A stretch of 43,887 nt of DNA from Candidatus Latescibacterota bacterium (lineage in GTDB: Bacteria; Latescibacterota; UBA2968), in the NCBI GenBank assembly GCA_038279365.1, contig JAYODI010000002.1:44497-88383 (forward strand). Reading direction: 5' to 3'. The notes under the pieces were generated by a model. That model had not been told where the DNA came from and made no database searches. It saw only the letters and a list, made by a program, of their open reading frames with translations. The position numbers and the translations under genes are program-made. Below, in pieces: positions 36,394 through 43,887 of this stretch. Every line of letters starts with the position of its first letter. Position 1 is the first letter of the stretch.

Positions 36394-39300
36394 TTAATCA
36401 TCGGCTGTCAGCTCAGAAGATACAACCGAACTTCTTTTCTTCCAAACACTTGAAGCAATGCGTTTGAGAGCCAAACGCAAGTCATCAAAAAATGTATAGA
36501 ATAATGGCACCAACAACAAGGTCAAAAACGTGGAAGAAATGAGCCCCCCCATCATGGTGCGCCCCATAGGAGCATAAGGTTGCCCCATCACGGTGCTGTT
36601 GCCCAATGCCATGGGCAACAACCCAAAAATGGTCGTAAAAGTGGTCATGAGAATGGGGCGAAAGCGGTTTCTACCTGCTTCCAAGATGGCTTCTGTTCGG
36701 TCGAAACCCTCAACCCGCAAGCGATTGATCATATCGACCAACACAATGGCATTGTTGACCACCACACCAATAAGCACAATCACCCCCACCATAGCCAAAC
36801 CCTCTAATGGGGTGCTTGTGGCAAACAAGGTCCAATATACCCCTAAAAACGCAAAGGGAATCGACAACAAAACCGAAAAAGGCAAAATAAAAGATTCAAA
36901 CAACACGCCCATGAGCAAAAACACACACGTAATGGCCATAATCATGGCAAAATACATTGTATCATCTTCTTCTTGCAACTTGGAATAACGCTCGCCCTTA
37001 TCCCAAGAATATCCCCGTGGCAAACCAAACCCTTCCAACGCTTTATCAATTTCTCCGTATAACGCCTTAATATCATCTTTTGTCGTAAATGCAGACACCC
37101 GCAACCGGGTCTTGCCATCTTCACGCCGAATGGTGCCACGCCCCTGATTGACCTTTAATTTTGCAAACTCCAACAACGGAATCTGCTCACCCGACTTAGA
37201 TGGAAAAGTCAACCCCTTCAAGTTTTGTACGGTGGCCTGATTCAGCTTTTCAAGATAAAGACGCACCCGAATTTCTCGTTGATCCACTTGGTAGAATGGC
37301 AATTGCACTCCTTGCAATGCAAAACCAATGCTTCGGCCCACACTTTGGGCAGACAACCCCAATCGTTGGGCGTGCGCCCGATCTATGCTCACGTGCACCT
37401 CATCATTGGCGCGTTCCAAATCGGAATCGACACTTACCACAGACGGGATATTGCGCAAGCGACGCTCTACTTCCCCCAACAGATTGGCCAACACATCGAC
37501 ATCGTCTCCAAAAATATTTAACGACACACTGGGTTCATTACCACCCCCTCCCTGGCTTTCTATAGCAACCTTCACCCCTACAAACTGTGGAATTTTCTTT
37601 TGTAAATCATTAATAACTGCATTGCGTTCCATATGTATTTTAACAGGAAAACCAATGGCACTGCGCAACATCTTATAAGGCGAGTACCACCATTCATCGT
37701 CTTCATTTTCTAAAAAAACATGAATATTGCCATATCCAGTGCGATACCAAACCCGCATGGTGCGAATTCCATAATTATCCCTTCTTACATCCAAAAAAGA
37801 CTCCACTTCGGCAATCACATCACTGGTTTCGTCAAGTGACATATCTTTGGGAAAATCAAAGCGCACCCGAAAGTCGTTGAGCATACGCCCACCGCTATCC
37901 CCTCGCTTAAGCCCTCCTGCAGGCACAACACTGGTAGCAAACAACACCAATGCAATCAAAAACGCATCGCGCCGATGCACCAACACCCAAGACAACATCC
38001 GTTCATATCGCGTTCGAAACCACACAATCACTTTGGGATCGGCTTTGACACTTTCGCCACCAAACCGAAAAGCCGCTTGTGGAATAAAGATCAGTGCCAC
38101 AAACAAAGACCCCACCAACGCCACAATCACTGGCACGCCAATACGCGAAAGGAAGAATGTTAACTCCACATTGCCATTCATCAACATCAACGGCAAAAAC
38201 ACCACAACCGTTGTTAACGTGGCCATCGTAATCGCAAGCCCGACCTCACTGGCACCTGCAATGGCCGCATCTCTAGGCCCCATCCCTTTGGCACGCATGC
38301 GATAAATATTTTCCAAAATCACAATTGCATTATCCACCACCATGCCCACTCCCACCATCAACCCCATCATGGTCAGCAAATTGAGCGACCAATCGATAAA
38401 ATACAAAAATGTGACCGTAATCATCACACACAACGGAATAGACAATGTAATAATGGCCGTCATGCGCACGGCACGTAAAAAGAACAGCAAAACCATGGCG
38501 GCAAACAGGCCACCCCAAAGCCCCGTTGACTCCAAATTGTGAATGGAACTGCTGATAAAATCGCCCTGATTAAAAAACACGTTAAACTTTATCTTCCCTC
38601 CCACCAATGGATCATCTTCAATTTCTTTTAATGTAGCGATAACCCGTTTGCACACTTCAACAACATTTGCACCCGACTCTTGAAACACACCAATAGAAAC
38701 CGCAGTTTGGCCATCTATGCGCTGATACCAAGAGCGTTCGGGCACATCGTAGCGCACATCGGCCACATCACCTAAACGCACGTCTCCCAGGCGCGTGGGA
38801 ATTTGAATATCTTCAATTTCCGCCAAACTGCGATATCGCGCCATTGACCTTACATAAAAATGCTTATTCCCTTCTTGAATATGCCCAGCTGAAAGTGCAA
38901 AATTATCTTGTTGTAAGGTCTGAACCATCGCACCCAGATTGACACCCCTGGCTTCTAACTTTTCTTGGTCTAACTCAATCATCACTTCTTTTTCATCCAC
39001 ACCCCAAAAGTTGAGACGAGCAACCCCATCCACCCGTTCCAAACGCCGTTGCACGTGTGTTTCTAAAAACTGAAACGGATCTTGGATATCTGCCGATAAG
39101 GCAATGCCCATCCACAAAATTTCCCAACTGTCGGAATTAAACTTCCAAACAAACACTTGATCTCGGGCGTCTTCTGGCAGTTGTAACTTCAACCGCTCTA
39201 TGCGATCCATAAGTTGGTTATAAGCCAAATTCATATCGGTATCGGGTTGAAACTCAAGCGGTGCATCCACCCCTCGGGTGTTGCTGTATGTGCGAATACG

Positions 39301-39576
39301 CTTAATCCCTTTAATCGTGCGCAACTGTTCTTCCAATGGACGCGCCACTTGTTGCTCAGACTCTTGAGGCGTCGAATTTCCGTGGCTATAACCAATGGAT
39401 GTATACAAAAACGCCGGTGTAAACCCCGAAGGAAAGAGTTTCACCGGCACACGCACATAAGCCACAACACCCACCACCAACAATGCCATCAAGCACATCG
39501 TTACCGTCACCGGACGGTTGACCGAAATGCGAGGCAATAGCGAAGATTGTTTGTCTGGATTCATAACAATCGCCAA
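36394..39576 (-). CDS. RND permease (AcrB family), first of a tandem pair
   Basis: RPVTVTM, GMVVDNAIVILENI and RFRPILMTT motifs; the start may be ATG 39564. Confidence 0.95.
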   Translation of the reverse strand: MAIVMNPDKQSSLLPRISVNRPVTVTMCLMALLVVGVVAYVRVPVKLFPSGFTPAFLYTSIGYSHGNSTPQESEQQVARPLEEQLRTIKGIKRIRTYSNTRGVDAPLEFQPDTDMNLAYNQLMDRIERLKLQLPEDARDQVFVWKFNSDSWEILWMGIALSADIQDPFQFLETHVQRRLERVDGVARLNFWGVDEKEVMIELDQEKLEARGVNLGAMVQTLQQDNFALSAGHIQEGNKHFYVRSMARYRSLAEIEDIQIPTRLGDVRLGDVADVRYDVPERSWYQRIDGQTAVSIGVFQESGANVVEVCKRVIATLKEIEDDPLVGGKIKFNVFFNQGDFISSSIHNLESTGLWGGLFAAMVLLFFLRAVRMTAIITLSIPLCVMITVTFLYFIDWSLNLLTMMGLMVGVGMVVDNAIVILENIYRMRAKGMGPRDAAIAGASEVGLAITMATLTTVVVFLPLMLMNGNVELTFFLSRIGVPVIVALVGSLFVALIFIPQAAFRFGGESVKADPKVIVWFRTRYERMLSWVLVHRRDAFLIALVLFATSVVPAGGLKRGDSGGRMLNDFRVRFDFPKDMSLDETSDVIAEVESFLDVRRDNYGIRTMRVWYRTGYGNIHVFLENEDDEWWYSPYKMLRSAIGFPVKIHMERNAVINDLQKKIPQFVGVKVAIESQGGGGNEPSVSLNIFGDDVDVLANLLGEVERRLRNIPSVVSVDSDLERANDEVHVSIDRAHAQRLGLSAQSVGRSIGFALQGVQLPFYQVDQREIRVRLYLEKLNQATVQNLKGLTFPSKSGEQIPLLEFAKLKVNQGRGTIRREDGKTRLRVSAFTTKDDIKALYGEIDKALEGFGLPRGYSWDKGERYSKLQEEDDTMYFAMIMAITCVFLLMGVLFESFILPFSVLLSIPFAFLGVYWTLFATSTPLEGLAMVGVIVLIGVVVNNAIVLVDMINRLRVEGFDRTEAILEAGRNRFRPILMTTFTTIFGLLPMALGNSTVMGQPYAPMGRTMMGGLISSTFLTLLLVPLFYTFFDDLRLALKRIASSVWKKRSSVVSSELTADD

Positions 39577-39752
39577 CCCTCAAAAAAAGGCACATACCCT
39601 GTGGTATATGGCCTAACATATCGAAATCTTGAAACAAGAGCAATCACAAACCTTTTTGCTTCACTCTTGCCCATAACCATATTATCATTAGACGCGCAGT
39701 TTCAAAAAAGGACGTCAAAAATATTCATCCATCGCACCCCAAGAGGAATCAG

Positions 39753-40730
39753 ATGCAAAACCCCAAAATCGCCATCATTGGTGCGGGCAGTTTATCAACC
39801 AAACGCTTATACCCCAACATTGGTGCGGCAGGTGGGCATTTGGTGGGCATTTGTGACTTGGACATCAAAAAAGCAGAAAACAATGCCCGTCGATTTGGAG
39901 GCCATACCTACACCGACTTCAAAAAAATGATCCAAACAGAAAAACCCGACGGAGTCATTATTTGTATTGGGCCAGAAGCCCACGCTGCCCTTGCCCCTCA
40001 GGTGCTCGATATGGGCATTCCCGTCTATACAGAAAAACCACCTGCCCCAACGGCCGAAGCCGCGCTTCAAGTGGCCCGATTTGCCAAAGAAAAAAATCTG
40101 CTTTGTACCACAGCCTTTAAAAAACGCTACACAAATGCAGCCAATCGCGCCACCAAATGGTTGGCCCAATATCCCATTGAAGACCGCTATGCCATTTCCA
40201 TTGACTACTGCTCTGCCCAATACAAAAACGATTCGCCCCGCACATCCTTTTTACTCGATTTTTGTATTCACATTATCGACCTTGTGGGCTACCTCTTTGG
40301 CGATGTGGCCCGTGTCTTTGCCTTTGCAAAGGGCTTAGACGCCTATGCGGTTTCCCTCACATTCACGTCGGGTGCGGTGGGCACACTCACGCTGGCCTGT
40401 GGTCGGTCATTCCAAATCCCTACAGAGGAAACAGAAATCACCGTAAAAGGTGGCAATTTCATGACCATTCACAACTCATCCATTTGGCGCATTACCGAAA
40501 ACCAAAAACCCTGCGAATGGCACGAACCGCCCACCTTTACCAGCTCAGGTGACAGTGGGAACGACACAGGGCATTTGGCCGAACTGGTTGACTTCTTTTC
40601 GGCCATCAAAGAAAATCGTACCACCCGCTCAAATATTTACGAAAGCTATAAAAGCCTTGTGCTGTATGAAGCCATTAAAACGTCGTCAGAAACAGGGCAA
40701 ATTGTTGATGTCAGATATGAGGTTATTTAA
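39753..40730 (+). CDS. Gfo/Idh/MocA-family oxidoreductase
   Basis: KIAIIGAG Rossmann start, VYTEKPP and DFCIHIID motifs; SD GAGGA. Confidence 0.93.
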   Translation: MQNPKIAIIGAGSLSTKRLYPNIGAAGGHLVGICDLDIKKAENNARRFGGHTYTDFKKMIQTEKPDGVIICIGPEAHAALAPQVLDMGIPVYTEKPPAPTAEAALQVARFAKEKNLLCTTAFKKRYTNAANRATKWLAQYPIEDRYAISIDYCSAQYKNDSPRTSFLLDFCIHIIDLVGYLFGDVARVFAFAKGLDAYAVSLTFTSGAVGTLTLACGRSFQIPTEETEITVKGGNFMTIHNSSIWRITENQKPCEWHEPPTFTSSGDSGNDTGHLAELVDFFSAIKENRTTRSNIYESYKSLVLYEAIKTSSETGQIVDVRYEVI

Positions 40731-40733
40731 GAA

Positions 40734-40761
40734 GTCATAACTCACAGGTCACTGCTCACAA
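40734..40761 (+). repeat. Degenerate tandem heptamer repeat (4 copies)
   Basis: GTCATAA CTCACAG GTCACTG CTCACAA, 3 nt after a stop codon. Confidence 0.65.
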
Positions 40762-40820
40762 GTTTGGGCGATTCGTTGGTTTGTCCTCTATATGCGCCAG
40801 TCATCGAAAGGATGTTAAAA

Positions 40821-41813
40821 ATGTACGTTGGCACACAATACTTTGGCACATCAAAATTGGAAATGGAATTTTTAACCCGTCACGGCGTGACCCATTTTGA
40901 TGCCACAGTCAAAGACATGGAAACAGACACCCTCAAACGCCATCGTGAAGAAGCTGCCCAGTATGGCGTTCATTTGGACATGGTTCACCTGCCGTGGCAA
41001 GACAGCATTGGGCTGGCAAATGCAGAACGTGACCAAGCCATAGACCGCGTGTGTACTTGGATAGAAAATGCTGCCAAAGCGGGGCTGCGCGGGCTTAACT
41101 ACAACTTTCTCGTTTTAAACGCCAATGATGCAGGAGGACGTGTTCAACGCACTGCGCGAAGGCCTGGGCGCGGTGGTTCAACTTACAGCTCATTCGTCTT
41201 ATCAGAATACGACAATGACAAACGTTATGCTGCGGGTGAAGTCAGCAGAGAAGAATCCTTTGAACGCGCAGCCTATTACTTAGAACGCATCATTCCTGTC
41301 GCAGAGGCCAACAAAATTCAAATGGCCTGCCATCTCAACGACCCACCCACTCAAATACTTAACGGTGTTGAAAAATGGAACTGGCCTGTCTTTGAAGGAC
41401 TGAAACGATTTAGCGAACTGGTAGACAGCCCTTATCACGGCTTCAATTTTTGCTGTGGTGTGGCCGCTGAAGGTTTGGAAAACCCAGCCCAAGAACTGCC
41501 CCCCATTGTCAAATATTTTGCCGAAAGAAAAAAGATCTTCAACGTACATTTTCGCAACATTCGCGGGGGCTTAAACAACTTTAGTGAAACTTGGCCTGAT
41601 GAAGGCGATGTCAACATGTATCAAATTGTCAAAATTTTACGAGATGCCGACTACCCCTATATGCTCATGCCCGATCATGCCCCCCATCACCCAGACGATG
41701 TATCCCCTCCGGGTGTAACCAAACGTGTTAATCAGGCTTGGGCTTATCAATTTGGGTATATCATTGCACTCATTCAAGCTGCTGAAAACGAACGTGCGGC
41801 AAAAATAGGATAG
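40821..41813 (+). CDS. Mannonate dehydratase (UxuA)-family protein
   Basis: ATG 40821 after SD GAAAGGA; YNF, ACHLNDPP, NFCCG, IFNVHFRNIRG and LMPDHAP motifs. The substrate is not certain. Confidence 0.85.
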   Translation: MYVGTQYFGTSKLEMEFLTRHGVTHFDATVKDMETDTLKRHREEAAQYGVHLDMVHLPWQDSIGLANAERDQAIDRVCTWIENAAKAGLRGLNYNFLVLNANDAGGRVQRTARRPGRGGSTYSSFVLSEYDNDKRYAAGEVSREESFERAAYYLERIIPVAEANKIQMACHLNDPPTQILNGVEKWNWPVFEGLKRFSELVDSPYHGFNFCCGVAAEGLENPAQELPPIVKYFAERKKIFNVHFRNIRGGLNNFSETWPDEGDVNMYQIVKILRDADYPYMLMPDHAPHHPDDVSPPGVTKRVNQAWAYQFGYIIALIQAAENERAAKIG

Positions 41814-41982
41814 ACAGGGTTCAGCATTCAGCAGTTAGACCACTTGAAAAACCTGACCAAAATCGAATGCCTGAAAATAAATCATTTTCCACAAAAGTAA
41901 GATTCTCAACATATCACAATAAACAACACACTAATAAATTCACCATTTGCGTTCCATTCACCCGCCTAAGGAGCATGACATA

Positions 41983-43863
41983 ATGCCCACCTCGCCACAA
42001 CGGATTGTGCCTGAAAAAGGCATTGATATTTCACCCCAAAAACGCCAAGCACTCACGGATTCTGCGTCAAAGTTAAAACAAAAAATAGATGACCTAAAAA
42101 CATCCATTCAGTCTCCCGAACACCTCGCCCTTTTACCCGACATTCAAATTTATTACAACGCCGTTCAATATGCCCTTGAACAAGATATTTTCTTTGAAGA
42201 AAGTGATATTGAAATTGCTGAGAAATTTCTTAAACAAGGCACCGAACGTGCCGAACAACTCAAACAAGGTCTAACCCCTTGGACAACGGCCACAGGGCTC
42301 ATCGTTCGGGGATACCTGTCTGATCTCGACAATTCCGTGCAACCCTATGGCCTTACGGTACCCGAATCTTTCTCGCCCACAACAAACCAAAAACACCGCT
42401 TAGACATCTGGCATCATGGGCGCGGTGCCAAACTGAGTGAACTCAAGTTTATTGAAGGCCAGCAAACCAAATTTGGCGAATTTACCCCCGACGATACATT
42501 TATGTTACACACCTATGGTCGGTGGTCGAATGCCATGAAATTTGCTGGCGAAGTGGATACTTTTGAGGCCTTAGCGCACGCCCAAGCCAACTATCCCATT
42601 GATGAAAATCGCATTTGCGTACGTGGTTTTTCAATGGGCGGTGCGGCCACCTGGCACCAAGCCGTGCACCATGCCGATGTGTGGGTCGCGGCCAACGCGG
42701 GGGCTGGATTTGCCGAAACGGCTGTGTATCAAAATGTCTTTTCCAAAGAACCACATCCCCCCATTTGGGAGCAAAAGTTGTGGAACCTTTATGATGCCAC
42801 CGTTTATGCAGGCAACTTGCACCAATGCCCTGCAATTGCTTATAGTGGCGAACTCGACAAACAAATGCAAGCCGCCGACATCATGGCCGAATATATGGCC
42901 AAAGAAGGCCTCGAATTGCCCCACATCATTGGCCCAGGCATGGGACACAAATTCCACCCAGACTCAAAAATAGAAATTGAAAAACGGTTGTCACAAATCG
43001 TTAAAAAAGGGCGCAATCTAAGCCCGACCAAAATCCGGTTCACCACATACACTTTGCGCTATAACCGCATGTGTTGGGTCACCATTGACGCGTTAGAAAA
43101 ACATTGGGAACGGGCCCAATTGAATGCCGATGTCACAGACGACCTTCAAATAACAACCCAAAACATCACGGCTTTTTCACTCAACAAAAACTTGTGCCCC
43201 CTCTCTTCCAATTCTAAAGTGATTATCGACAATCAAGAAATGGCCTATGCCGACCATTATGTAAAAAACAATGGCACGTGGGAGATCGCCAACATCGCTC
43301 AGACCTCACTGCGCAAAAGACACGGTCTTCAGGGCCCCATTGACGATGCCTTTATGGAAAGTTTTCTCATCGTCACGCCAACGGGCCGCCCACAGGCCAA
43401 CCCAAATGTCACAGACTGGATTGCGACCCAACAAGCCGATGCCATTTACCAATGGAAAATGCAGTTTCGAGGACAACCGCGCGTCAAAACCGATACAGAC
43501 GTTACCGACGATGACATCCGCAACCACAACTTGGCCCTTTGGGGTGACCCCACAAGCAACGCTCTCCTAAAAAAAGTTGCCCCCAATCTGCCTATCCAAT
43601 GGCACCAAGACCAAATCGCAGTTGGCTCTCAAACATTTACCACAGACAAACATCTGCCCGTCTTTGTATTTCCAAACCCGCTCAATCCAGAGCGATATGT
43701 TGTGATCAACAGCGGTTTCACATTTGCGGCAAACGGCTCACAAAGCAATTCGACACAAACACCCAAACTTCCAGACTGGGCCATTGTAGATATCACCGCC
43801 CCAGCTTATGATCCATTGCGAGTCGTTGCAGCTGACTTTTTTGGAGAATATTGGGAGCTGTAG
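41983..43863 (+). CDS. Alpha/beta-hydrolase (prolyl oligopeptidase/esterase-like) with extra domains
   Basis: ATG 41983 after SD AAGGAG; HGRG, nucleophile elbow GFSMGG, GELD and GMGH as a candidate catalytic triad. Confidence 0.8.
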   Translation: MPTSPQRIVPEKGIDISPQKRQALTDSASKLKQKIDDLKTSIQSPEHLALLPDIQIYYNAVQYALEQDIFFEESDIEIAEKFLKQGTERAEQLKQGLTPWTTATGLIVRGYLSDLDNSVQPYGLTVPESFSPTTNQKHRLDIWHHGRGAKLSELKFIEGQQTKFGEFTPDDTFMLHTYGRWSNAMKFAGEVDTFEALAHAQANYPIDENRICVRGFSMGGAATWHQAVHHADVWVAANAGAGFAETAVYQNVFSKEPHPPIWEQKLWNLYDATVYAGNLHQCPAIAYSGELDKQMQAADIMAEYMAKEGLELPHIIGPGMGHKFHPDSKIEIEKRLSQIVKKGRNLSPTKIRFTTYTLRYNRMCWVTIDALEKHWERAQLNADVTDDLQITTQNITAFSLNKNLCPLSSNSKVIIDNQEMAYADHYVKNNGTWEIANIAQTSLRKRHGLQGPIDDAFMESFLIVTPTGRPQANPNVTDWIATQQADAIYQWKMQFRGQPRVKTDTDVTDDDIRNHNLALWGDPTSNALLKKVAPNLPIQWHQDQIAVGSQTFTTDKHLPVFVFPNPLNPERYVVINSGFTFAANGSQSNSTQTPKLPDWAIVDITAPAYDPLRVVAADFFGEYWEL

Positions 43864-43867
43864 GTAA

Positions 43868-43887
43868 GTCACAGGTCACAGGTCACA
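43868..43887 (+). repeat. Tandem heptamer repeat (GTCACAG)n, truncated by the window end
   Basis: GTCACAG GTCACAG GTCACA, 4 nt after the stop codon. Confidence 0.75.

Noticed and set aside
1..43887. CRISPR arrays, tRNA/rRNA genes, anti-phage defence or toxin-antitoxin genes
   Set aside because: None recognised; no repeat-spacer periodicity or characteristic motifs. This was a manual inspection only.

Overview
Bacterial chromosomal window with about 35 credible CDS. I found no rRNA, tRNA, CRISPR array, transposase or integrase. Lipoproteins, TolC-family proteins and tripartite RND pumps indicate a diderm host. The gene mix resembles FCB-group/Latescibacterota-like marine bacteria, but that is an impression only. 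In order, the window holds: a partial GHMP kinase and a GT4; a minus-strand run with two tandem lyase-like paralogues, a clan GH-A-like enzyme, dcd, an MFS transporter, a secreted protein and an aldo/keto reductase; a YtrA-type GntR/ABC module with a clear promoter and operator; a PsrA-like TetR with a double operator heading an OMF-MFP-RND pump; a Cus-type Cu(I)/Ag(I) efflux operon with two HMA proteins; a CGCC-motif BNR-like protein, SRPBCC, RidA and PdxA; two aspartate-less receiver proteins; a pair of RND permeases without adaptor or channel genes; and a Gfo/Idh/MocA oxidoreductase, a UxuA-like dehydratase and an alpha/beta hydrolase. The best candidates for undescribed biology are regulatory. 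(1) Upstream of cusA: a sigma54-like promoter, a Cys-rich leader ORF ending in HAPP, and a structured intergenic region with an internal terminator. (2) In front of the two pseudo-receivers: a leader terminator overlapped by a possible 31-codon uORF. All calls come from motif recognition by eye; no searches or folding programs were run.
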